Positions 35,029 through 43,973 of a stretch of 64,000 nt of DNA are shown here, one piece after another; within the stretch, counting starts at the first letter, position 1, and each line of letters opens with the position of its first letter. The translations under genes and the position numbers were made by a program. Under the pieces are notes generated by a model. It was not told the DNA's origin and ran no database searches. It saw only the letters and a list, made by a program, of their open reading frames with translations. This stretch comes from an uncultured Chloroflexia bacterium (lineage in GTDB: Bacteria; Chloroflexota; Dehalococcoidia; DSTF01; WHTK01), in the NCBI GenBank assembly GCA_963703905.1, contig CAVPFY010000007.1, positions 14,374 through 78,373 of the forward strand, given 5' to 3'.

Positions 35029-37305
35029 ATGGTCACCGACGGACAAGCCCAAGTACAAGGTCATCGGCACGCGGCCGGTCCGCCCGGACGGCGTCGACAA
35101 GGTCACCGGCCGCGCGCAGTACGGCGCCGACATCCGCCTGCCGGGCATGCTGCGCGGCCGCATCCTGCGCAGCCCGCACGCCCACGCCATCATCAAGCGC
35201 ATCGACGCGTCGAAGGCGCTGGCGCTCGCCGGGCGTGAAGGCGGTCGTGACCGGCGCGCGACCTCGTCGGGCCCGGCCAGGCGACGTCGCGAAGCTGCCC
35301 GACGCCGCGCACGAACATCCTCGCCGGGCGACAAGGTCGCTCTACCGCGGCCACGCCGTCGCCGCCGTCGCCGCGATCAACGACCACATCGCGCAGCGAG
35401 GCCGTGCGACCTGATCGAGGTCGAGTACGAGGTGCTGCCGCCCGTGCTCGACGTGCGCGAGGCGATGCGCCCGGACGCGCCGATCCTGCACGAGGCGCTG
35501 CGCACGCGCGCGCCGCCGGGCCCGAGCGAAGGCCCGACGAACGTCGTCGCGCACAGCGTCGCGGTCGTCTTCGGCGACGTCGAGAAGGGCTTCGCCGAGT
35601 GCGACGTCGTCGTCGAGCGCGAGTTCTCGACCAAGATGGTGCACCAGGGCTACATCGAGCCGCAGGCCTCGACGGCGATCGTGGAACGCCGGACGGCCAG
35701 CTCACGATCTGGACCAGCACCCAGGGCTCGTTCCCCGCGCGCGAGGCGCTGCGCGCAGATCCTCGGCCACCCGATCTCGAAGATCAAGGTGATCCCGACG
35801 GAGATCGGCGGCGGCTTCGGCGGCAAGATCAGCGTCTACCTGGAGCCCGTCGCGGCGCTGCTCTCGAAGCAAGACCGGCAAGCCGGTGACGATGCAGATG
35901 GACCGCGTCGACGTCTTCGAGGGCACCGGCCCGACGCCCGGCACGTCGATCAAGGCGAAGCTCGGCGCGACGAAGGACGGCACGCTTCCGCGCCGCTCAG
36001 CGCCGACATGGCGTACGAGAACGGCGCCTTCCCGGGCTCCGCCGCCGATGTACGCGACGATGGTCATGCACGCGCCGGCTACGACATCGAGAACGTGAAG
36101 CTCGACGCGCTACGACGTCGTCGTCAACAAGCCGCGCACGCAGGACTACCGCGCGCCCAGCGCGCCCGCCGCCGCCTTCGCCATCGAGCAGCTCGTCGAC
36201 GAGCTGGCGCGAGAAGCTGGGCATGGACCCGCTGAAGCTCCGGCTGATGAACGCCTCGCACGAAGGGCACGCGCGGCCCGATGGGCATGCCCTTCAAGCC
36301 GCATCGGCCACGAGGAGTGCCTCGAGGCGGCGCTGAACTCGCGCGCACTACAACTCGCCGCTCGAAGGCCCGAACCGCGGCCGCGGCGTCGCCTCCGGCT
36401 TCTGGTTCAACGTCGGCCTGCGCTCCAGCGTCAACGTCAGCGTGCAGCCGGACGGCACCGTCAACCTCATCGAGGGCAACACCGACATCGGCGGCACGCG
36501 CGCGTCGCTCGCGATGCAGCTCGCCGAGACGCTGGGCATCGCCTTCGAGGACGTGAAGCCGACCGTCGTCGACACCGACTCCGTCGGCTACAACGACGTC
36601 ACCGCCGGCAGCCGCGTCGACCTTCGCCACCGGCATGGCCGTGCACGAGGCCGGCAAGAACCTGATCAAGGAGATGACGGCGCGCCTCGCCCCGCACGTG
36701 GCAGGTCGCAGCCGGACGACATCGAGTTCGAGGACGGCGTCTTCAAGACGAAGGACGGCGCGAAGACCGGCGCCTTCAAGGAGATCGCCGCGCAGGTCGT
36801 CGGCCGCGGCGTCGGCGCTCACGGTCAGCGGCTCCGTCAACGCCGGCTTCCTCGCGGGCGGCGGCTTCGCCCACGCACATCGTCGACGTCGAGGTCGACC
36901 CCGAGACCGGCAAGGTGACGATCCTGCGCTACACCGCGATCCAGGACGCCGGCACCGCCGTCCACCCCGCGTACGTCGAGGGGCAGATGCAGGGCGGCGC
37001 CGTCCAGGGCATCGGCTGGGCGCTGAACGAGGAGTACTACTACGACGACAGCGGCCGCATGGCGAACTCGAGCTTCCTCGACTACCGCATGCCGACGTCG
37101 CTCGACGTGCCGATGATCGACACGATCATCGTCGAGGTGCCGAACCCGCTGCACCCGTTCGGCGTGCGCGGCGTCGGCGAGCCGCCGCATCGTGCCGCCG
37201 CTCGCGGCGATCGCGAACGCGGTCTACCGCGCGACGGGCGTGCGCCAGACGCAGCTGCCGATGTCGCCGCGCCGCATCCTGGAGACGACGCTGGGGCTCG
37301 AGTAA
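35029..37305 (+). pseudogene. Xanthine dehydrogenase family molybdopterin-binding (CoxL-like) large subunit, heavily frame-disrupted
   Basis: The RBS AAGGAG precedes ATG 35029. Pieces KYKVIGTRPVRPDGVDKVTGRAQYGAD, LRGRILRSPHAHA, DLIEVEYEVLPPV, MVHQGYIEPQ, IPTEIGGGFGGK, DYRAPSAPAAAFAIEQLVDELA, ILRYTAIQDAGTAVHPAYVEGQMQGGAVQGIGWAL and YRMPTSLDVP alternate between frames about every 50-300 nt. The YRAPS context is not the CODH AYxCSFR motif. Confidence 0.7.
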
Positions 37306-37315
37306 GCGCGGCCAG

Positions 37316-37675
37316 ATGCCGGTGGTCTTTCTGCCTCAGTTGCTCCGCCCCCTGGCCGGCGGCGCGGCCAGCGTCCCCGTCGAAGGCGCCACCCTGCGCG
37401 AGGCTGTTGCCAGCCTGGAGCGACTGCATCCGGCCCTCAAGGGGCGGATCGTCGACGCTGATGGCCTGCGGCCGGAGGTGTTTCTGGCCGTGGGCGGCGA
37501 AGAGGCTTTCGGCCTCGATCAGGCCGTGGCGCCCGAGGCCGAGGTCCACGTCATGCCCGCGATGGCCGGCGGGGGCTTGCCTGTCTGGTTGAGCCAAGCT
37601 GAGACAGGGATCACACGGCACCCGTCGAGGTACTCTTCTTCGATTGAAATGCCGCCGGCCGCGGACAGCACCTAA
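37316..37675 (+). CDS. MoaD/ThiS-like beta-grasp sulfur-carrier with a 33-aa extension after the Gly-Gly
   Basis: The first 86 aa, MPVVFLPQLLRPLAGG...EVHVMPAMAGG, have MoaD/ThiS-like length and ending. The ORF then continues as GLPVWLSQAETG... to TAA 37673-37675. Confidence 0.45.
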   Translation: MPVVFLPQLLRPLAGGAASVPVEGATLREAVASLERLHPALKGRIVDADGLRPEVFLAVGGEEAFGLDQAVAPEAEVHVMPAMAGGGLPVWLSQAETGITRHPSRYSSSIEMPPAADST

Positions 37676-37684
37676 TATTGCGCC

Positions 37685-40618
37685 ATGTCGGTCTCAGGCG
37701 TGGTCCGCGCGGCAATTGCGCCTCTGGCGGCCGTCATCATCGTCCTCGGTCCGGGGGAGGAGCCGTCCGGGTCCCGGCCGGCCGCGGCGGCGGAGTTCAC
37801 GCCCACTGCCACCCAGCTGCCGATAGCCGCCCAGCCTACCCTCACGCCCACGCGGCCGGTCTCTTCGGTCCCAACCCGCACCCCAACGCGTACGCCAACG
37901 CGCACGCCCCTGCGGACCGCGACGGTGACGCGGACGCGGACAACTACACCAACCAATCCCCCCGGCCCGACCCGGACGCCCACGCCTGTGATAGCCCAGT
38001 TGTTCACGCCGGCGCCGCCCGGCGTCGCGACCGTCCCGCCGGTGGTCCCCGGTGACCTCACGCTGCCCTCGCCGACCAACACGCCCTTCTCCTTCGGCGT
38101 CGAACCGCCAACACCGACGCCGCTGGGCCTTACCGCGCCGCCGCCGACGCCCACACCGCCTTCGCTTACATCCGGGCAGGTGCCTGACCTGGTGGCGACG
38201 GACATGGAGGTGACCCAGGGCATCCAGAACCTGGCCAACCAGGTGCCACTGGTCTCGTTGCGGATCACCGCTGTCCGGGTCTACGTGCGGACCCAGGACC
38301 CAGATGTGCCGGCAATCAACGTCAGCGGCGCCCTCGGCGCCTGGCGGGATGGCGATTTCCTCGGCGCGGTGTACCCCGAAAACGGGCCTATCTATGCCAT
38401 TCCCAGCGGCGGCGAACGCATCAACGTCGACGACAGCCTCTACTTTTATCTCCCCGGGTCCTGGACCTTCGAAGGGCCGTTGACCCTGAAGGCGTTCGTT
38501 TATTCGGGCTCGCCCGGCTCGCCGGAGGATTTCGAGCCGGACGCCGACAACAATTACATTCAGCGCGAGGTCACCTTCTCGCCCGCGGAGACGTTGAAGC
38601 TGAAGCTGGTGCCCGCGCACCTGCACTCCTTCCCCAGCCCGCAGAGCGCCGAGGTGACCTACCTCTACCAGGACCACGAGACCGACGCGTTGAAGGTCCT
38701 CCTCTACCTGTACCGAATCTTCCCCATCTCCAGCCTCCAGTGGGACGCCGGCATGGAGTTCGATCTCTTGCCCCTGTTCGGCGGTGAAGAGACGACGATC
38801 CCGGCAACCGTATTCCCTGTCGGCCACTGGGATGGAAGCGAGTGGGACCTCTCCCTCAGTGCCAGCCGCGACGAGCTCAATTCCCAGATCGCAATCCTCA
38901 AGATCCTGTTCACTGAGGACTGGGAGGGCTGGCAGTGGTACGGGATGGTCGATTCCAGCGTCAGCATGGGTAACTTCTCCGGCTGGGCGACCTCGGGCGT
39001 CGCGCACGGCAAAATGAGCACCGGCGCCTCCTACGCGCCCTGGTACATCGGCGGCGGCAACACTCTTGCCCACGAAGTCGGCCACAACCGCGGCCTCAGC
39101 CACGACCTCTGCAAAGGTAACGAGGAGTCGGGCGGCGCCCTGGACCCGGATTACCCCTACCAGTTCCCGGACTGCAGCATCGCCGACATCGACCCGGCTG
39201 GTTATTACGGCTTCGACACGCACTGGGCCCTGTTCTCGAATACAAGCGGCCCCACCGTCATGAGCAACGACCCGGCCGAGTCTTCGCCCAACCAGGCCTA
39301 TCCCTTCATGGGTTACCAGCCGCCCAAGTGGGCCGACCCTTACAACTACTGCAAGCTGCTCCCCGCCTTCGGCATCGATTGCGACGTCGGCGCCCTGAAC
39401 ATCCGCTGGCCGGCCATCTCACCCCAACTCCAGGCGTCTACGCAGCCTCAGCCTCAGGCCCACGACCACGCGTCGCACAGCCACCCGGCCGCGGCAATGG
39501 AAGGGGAGCGCCCCGCGGCACGGACGAACGCCGCCGGCGAATACGTCTTCGTCAGCGTCTCCATCGATAGTTCAGGCGCGGCTGCGCGCTTGATCGATGT
39601 CATGCCGGTCGCGAATCCGCCTCAGGCAGCCGTTGACGAGGCCTCGCGGCGGCGGCAGGCGATGGCGGCCAGGCCAAGCCAGCTCCAGCTTCGCTTAGAA
39701 GACGGCGCCGGCCGGGTGCTGGCGTCTCATCCGCTGGCGGACATCGACCCGGCACAGCACGAGTCCGGCCAGGACTCGCGCCTCTTCGCCGAGCTGTTCG
39801 AGCTTCCAGCCGGCACGCGGGCAGTGCTCGTCTTGAACAGCGGCGCCGAGATCGCCGGCCGCCGGGCCAGCGGCGCCGCGCCTTCGGTAGTGATCACCAG
39901 CCCGGCGCCGGGCGCGCAGATTTCGGCGCCTCTCGACCTTCGCTGGCAGGCTACCGACCCGGACGGCGACCAGCTGCGCTTTAGCGTCCTCTACAGCCCG
40001 GACGATGGCGCTACCTGGCGCGTCGTCGCCGCCAACCAGCGCGACAGCGGCGTGCGCCTGCCGAACCTGGAGATGCTCCCGGGCAGCGACCGCGCCCGCT
40101 TCCGGATCATCGCTTCGGACGGCTTCAACACCGGCGAGGCCGTCACGCCGGCGTCTTACCGCGTGCCGAACTCCAGACCCCGGGCCGCGATCTTCGGGCC
40201 GGCCGCCGGAGCCGCCTTCGACCGCGGCCAGACGGTCGTGCTCCTGGGCGCCGCCATGGACCTCGAGGAAGGGACGATCGGCGACTCGGGCCTGAGCTGG
40301 CGCTCGAGCCTGGACGGAGACCTTGGACAGGGAAGGCAGGTCGAGACGCGCGGGCTGCGACCTGGCACGCATCGCATCACCCTGACCGCCACCGACGCTT
40401 CCGGCGCGGCCGGCGAGTCTTCGGTCGAGATCACGGTCGGCGACTCGGGGCGCGATCGCATCCCTTCGGACGCCGACCGCGATGCGATTCAGCGTTTGCT
40501 CACGGGGACCGGTGAAGGTGGCTCGCGTACGTTGCTTCTCGCCGCCGGGGCTGCCGTCGCCGCGGCGTTGCTGGCCCTTGTGGCGCTGATCCTGCTGCGT
40601 CGAAGGCGGACCGCCTGA
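37685..40618 (+). CDS. Membrane-anchored surface protein with reprolysin-type (HExxHxxGxxHD) zinc-metalloprotease motif and Ig-like C-terminal domains
   Basis: Intact 977-aa ORF. It has an N-terminal hydrophobic segment, a Pro/Thr-rich linker (TRTPTRTPTRTP), the motif LAHEVGHNRGLSHD, repeated beta-rich segments (DLRWQATDPDGDQLRFSVLYSPDDGATW...) and a C-terminal TM helix plus RRRRTA. Confidence 0.6.
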   Translation: MSVSGVVRAAIAPLAAVIIVLGPGEEPSGSRPAAAAEFTPTATQLPIAAQPTLTPTRPVSSVPTRTPTRTPTRTPLRTATVTRTRTTTPTNPPGPTRTPTPVIAQLFTPAPPGVATVPPVVPGDLTLPSPTNTPFSFGVEPPTPTPLGLTAPPPTPTPPSLTSGQVPDLVATDMEVTQGIQNLANQVPLVSLRITAVRVYVRTQDPDVPAINVSGALGAWRDGDFLGAVYPENGPIYAIPSGGERINVDDSLYFYLPGSWTFEGPLTLKAFVYSGSPGSPEDFEPDADNNYIQREVTFSPAETLKLKLVPAHLHSFPSPQSAEVTYLYQDHETDALKVLLYLYRIFPISSLQWDAGMEFDLLPLFGGEETTIPATVFPVGHWDGSEWDLSLSASRDELNSQIAILKILFTEDWEGWQWYGMVDSSVSMGNFSGWATSGVAHGKMSTGASYAPWYIGGGNTLAHEVGHNRGLSHDLCKGNEESGGALDPDYPYQFPDCSIADIDPAGYYGFDTHWALFSNTSGPTVMSNDPAESSPNQAYPFMGYQPPKWADPYNYCKLLPAFGIDCDVGALNIRWPAISPQLQASTQPQPQAHDHASHSHPAAAMEGERPAARTNAAGEYVFVSVSIDSSGAAARLIDVMPVANPPQAAVDEASRRRQAMAARPSQLQLRLEDGAGRVLASHPLADIDPAQHESGQDSRLFAELFELPAGTRAVLVLNSGAEIAGRRASGAAPSVVITSPAPGAQISAPLDLRWQATDPDGDQLRFSVLYSPDDGATWRVVAANQRDSGVRLPNLEMLPGSDRARFRIIASDGFNTGEAVTPASYRVPNSRPRAAIFGPAAGAAFDRGQTVVLLGAAMDLEEGTIGDSGLSWRSSLDGDLGQGRQVETRGLRPGTHRITLTATDASGAAGESSVEITVGDSGRDRIPSDADRDAIQRLLTGTGEGGSRTLLLAAGAAVAAALLALVALILLRRRRTA

Positions 40619-40701
40619 TCGCCCGCCGGGCGTCCTGTTATTTCGACGAAGGAGAAATCCCGATCCCGGGCGCGCTGACTTCTTGAAGGCTTTGGCGGGC
40701 C

Positions 40702-41850
40702 TCAGGCCTGATGGGCCAACTGCTTCACGAGCGCGCTGAAGCCCCTGGCCTGGCGCGCCACCGACGCGACATCGACCGCGTGCGGCCAGCGGTCGCTCTG
40801 CATGTGGAAGTGCGCGTTTCCGCCCAGAAGGGAGACGCAATTGGCGCCTCTGGAGGCCACAACGCCCGACTCCTGGCCCAGCACCTGCCCGACCGGCGCC
40901 GCCGTCACGCCCTCCACGCCGGCCGCCTCCAGGCCTGCCCGGGCGGCGGCCAGGAGGTCCGCGTCTGTCGCGCTGATGCGCACGGCCTGCTGGGTGGCGC
41001 CGCCCACGTTGGCGCCGAAGTGCACCCAGGCCCTGGCGCCCCGCACGAGGTCGCCGTGGCGCTCCAGGAAGGCATCGCAACCGAGGTGGCCGAGCTCATG
41101 GCCGCTGAAGGCGATGAACCACACGGGCCGGTCGTGTTCCGTCGCCGCGACCTCTCGCATGACCTCCAGCCAGGCGGCGATGCCGCCGCCGCGCTCGCTG
41201 GCGCACTGCCACCAGCCGCTGCGCGGCGTCGTCACCACCACCGGCGCAAGCGAGGCATCGCGCCCCGCCAGGCGAGCGAAGATGTTGGAAGATGAGGCTT
41301 TGGTTCGCGTAGCCGTGGCTACGACCTGGGCCTTCGAGCCCAGGGCCGTCTGCTCCACCAGCCAGTCCTTCACCTCGCCCGAGACCTGAACCACCGGCGG
41401 GCCGAACGGCTCGTAGAAGGAGGATGCGTTGCTGGCCACCAGGCCGGGCTCACGGCCTTCCGTAACGCAGACAATCGCCGAATGCTTGCCCTTGCGGCGC
41501 AACTCTTCCAGCTGATGCATGGCAGGCCCGGCACTGATCACGACGACACCGATGTCCGCTTCCGAGCCGGAGGCGCCGAGGCGGCCGCTGACGCCCGCGC
41601 TCTCGGTCAGGCCGCAGTCAAAGAGCGGCAGCCCATCGACGCGGCGGCCGGCGACTTCGACGTAGGCCTGCTCCGGGTTCAGGCGGCTGATCTCGTAGGC
41701 ATCGGTCTCAGGCGCCGGCCCGAGGTCGCGCACCTTTTCCGAAAGCCAGGCGGCGCATGCCGCGTCCGCCGGCGTGCCGGTCCGGTGCCAGCCCTGCGTG
41801 TCGAACGCGGCGATGATGGCGCCGATTCGGTCCTCCTGGTTAACAGACAC
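40702..41850 (-). CDS. M28-like peptidase / PA-domain protein (uncertain)
   Basis: Intact 382-aa ORF. The segment VWFIAFSGHELGHLGCDAF resembles the FxGxExGLxG metal-site region of M28 aminopeptidases. The assignment is weak. Confidence 0.35.
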   Translation of the reverse strand: MSVNQEDRIGAIIAAFDTQGWHRTGTPADAACAAWLSEKVRDLGPAPETDAYEISRLNPEQAYVEVAGRRVDGLPLFDCGLTESAGVSGRLGASGSEADIGVVVISAGPAMHQLEELRRKGKHSAIVCVTEGREPGLVASNASSFYEPFGPPVVQVSGEVKDWLVEQTALGSKAQVVATATRTKASSSNIFARLAGRDASLAPVVVTTPRSGWWQCASERGGGIAAWLEVMREVAATEHDRPVWFIAFSGHELGHLGCDAFLERHGDLVRGARAWVHFGANVGGATQQAVRISATDADLLAAARAGLEAAGVEGVTAAPVGQVLGQESGVVASRGANCVSLLGGNAHFHMQSDRWPHAVDVASVARQARGFSALVKQLAHQA

Positions 41851-41914
41851 ACCCTGCCCCTCTCCCCGCGCCTGCGGCGCGCGAATTCACCCTCGCTCAG
41901 CATCCTCGACCCGC

Positions 41915-43726
41915 TTACGCCTTCGTCTTGTCGTAAGTCGCCTTGTCGTACCACAGGTACGGGTACGTCTCGGCCGGCACGACGTTGGCGCCACGCACCG
42001 CGCCGGCGTTGCCCACCCAGGGCCAGACAAGACTGTAGCCAGCCGACTGGTAAGTTACCGGCACCACGACCATCGTCGTCGGCATATAGCGCTGGACCTC
42101 TTTGATCAGTTCTCTGCGCTTTGCCGGGTCAGTCTCGCGGATCTGAGCGTCAATCATCTGGTCGAGCTTAGGGTCTGCTCCCTTGGGCTGGCGGGTGGCG
42201 GCGCCGCCGGAGTGGTACTGGACCAGCAACTGGTGGCCGGCGTCGTCTCCCTGCGCGGCCGGCGTCAGGGCAAAGCCATCCCAGGAGCCTACAGCCGGGC
42301 CGCCGAAGTGAATGTTCGGGATGTAGTCAGACTGGTAGTCGATGCCCGTGAGCTGCGCATCGAAAACGCCGCTGTCATTGACCATGCCGTGCAAAGCCTG
42401 GATCCATTGCTGATAGATGGCGCCGTAGCCGTTGTGCGGGTAGATGAACTTCGTGGCCAGCTTTCCGGTGATTCCCGCCGCCGCCACGAGCTTCTTGGCC
42501 TCGGCGATGTCCTGCTTGAAGTATTTCGTGCTAGCGCCGTAATCCTTGCCGTAAGGGTCGAGCCAGTAGCCCTCCCACCCGGCGCCGATGAAGTTGTTGA
42601 TTCGAAGGTCGCTGGGCAAGCCGGCTTCCTGAAACTTCTTGGTGTCCGAAAGGACATCCGCAAAGGTCTGGCGGTCGACCACATAGCTCAGGGCCTGGCG
42701 CAGACGCGCGTCTTTGAAGGGTCCCTGGAACCCGAAGAAGAAACAAGGCGTGCCCGTGGCATAGTCGTTCTTGAACATCGACAGAGCCGGGAGGTCGCGC
42801 TTCGTGGTGAGCACGTCTTCCTGTTTGACAACACCGCCCCAGATGTTGCCGGCGCGAAACTGGGCGAGCTGCGTGGCGTATTCGGGGATTATTGGGTTGG
42901 ACCAACCGTCCAACAAGGGCCTGCCCTTCACGTAGTAGTCCGGATTGCGGACATATTCGACGGCAGATGAGGGCGTGTACTTGCCGATAGTCCAGGGCCC
43001 GTTGCCGCGGACTTCGTTCTTGGGGTCAAACTTACCGTCGGACTCCACCGGCAAAGTCCACATGTTGAGGCCGCGAGTGAGGGTCGCCAGCAGCGGGACG
43101 TAAGGGAACGCCAGCTTCAGGACAAGGGTGCGGCTGTCGGGGGCGGAGATACCGGTAATCGGCGCCGCGGGGCTCTTCGAGTTGAGGAAATTGACGGCTT
43201 GGGGACTCAGCTTCTCGAAGCGCTGGTAACTGAAAAGGACGTCTTGCGTGTCCACCGTGCGGCCGTTTGTAGGGCTGCGCCTGTCCCAGATCACGTTGGG
43301 GCGCAGCTTCAAGGTCAGCTGAAGTCCGTCCGCTGAAAACTCAAAGCTCTCAGCCAGGTCTCCTTCAGGTTCCTCCCGGCGGACGCCGTCAAAACTCGTC
43401 TTCGTCTTGATCAAGCGGAGGTAGGCGTAGGTTGCGACGGCCTGGGCGCGTGCCGAGGCGCCGCCGTTAGGGTCGAAGCCCTGGAGGTCGCTCACGTCGA
43501 ACGACTGGTACGTGCCGCCGGCCACCGCCTGCTTCGTCGTGTCTACAATCGGCGTCAGAAGGCTACTGCCGCCGCTGGCGCCGTCAGACTTGTCGCTGCC
43601 GCCGCCGCAGCCAACCAGCGCCGCTGCCGATAGGCCAAGGCCGGAGATGCCTGCGGCCTTCAATGCGCTGCGACGGGAGATCGCTCCCCGCAGCAGCCTC
43701 TTCGAATAGAAGTCAGCTTCCTTCAT
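41915..43726 (-). CDS. Family-5 ABC substrate-binding lipoprotein (Tat signal)
   Basis: ORF track 41915..43954. ATG 43726 gives MKEADFYSKRLLRGAISRRSALKAAG...ALVGCGGG. It is a paralogue of 14249 and 17505 (PIIPEYATQLAQFRAGNIW). Confidence 0.85.
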   Translation of the reverse strand: MKEADFYSKRLLRGAISRRSALKAAGISGLGLSAAALVGCGGGSDKSDGASGGSSLLTPIVDTTKQAVAGGTYQSFDVSDLQGFDPNGGASARAQAVATYAYLRLIKTKTSFDGVRREEPEGDLAESFEFSADGLQLTLKLRPNVIWDRRSPTNGRTVDTQDVLFSYQRFEKLSPQAVNFLNSKSPAAPITGISAPDSRTLVLKLAFPYVPLLATLTRGLNMWTLPVESDGKFDPKNEVRGNGPWTIGKYTPSSAVEYVRNPDYYVKGRPLLDGWSNPIIPEYATQLAQFRAGNIWGGVVKQEDVLTTKRDLPALSMFKNDYATGTPCFFFGFQGPFKDARLRQALSYVVDRQTFADVLSDTKKFQEAGLPSDLRINNFIGAGWEGYWLDPYGKDYGASTKYFKQDIAEAKKLVAAAGITGKLATKFIYPHNGYGAIYQQWIQALHGMVNDSGVFDAQLTGIDYQSDYIPNIHFGGPAVGSWDGFALTPAAQGDDAGHQLLVQYHSGGAATRQPKGADPKLDQMIDAQIRETDPAKRRELIKEVQRYMPTTMVVVPVTYQSAGYSLVWPWVGNAGAVRGANVVPAETYPYLWYDKATYDKTKA

Positions 43727-43973
43727 ATCTGTCCTGTGCTCCCTTTCTTCTTCCGGCCGTCGCTGGTCGCATGACGGCCCCTGGACCGGCGTATCCGCGA
43801 TTTCAGCAAGGTGAAATCGCGGCCTTCCGAAACGTTTCCAGTTTGGGGAATGGTCGGCTGTCCGCGTCTGCCTGTCAATCCCGGCGGGCGCGATGGCATC
43901 AGGCCGCCCATTACAAGGCCCTTGATGTCGAGGGCAGGGCCGAAGGCGGGGCAATCCCCTTGGCGTCGGGAGC

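Noticed and set aside
35029-37305. Calling the CoxL-like subunit a carbon-monoxide dehydrogenase
   Set aside because: The active-site-loop region reads DYRAPSAPAAAFAIEQ, not the AYxCSFR (form I) or AYRGAGR (form II) motifs I recall. Only a generic xanthine-dehydrogenase-family call is justified.
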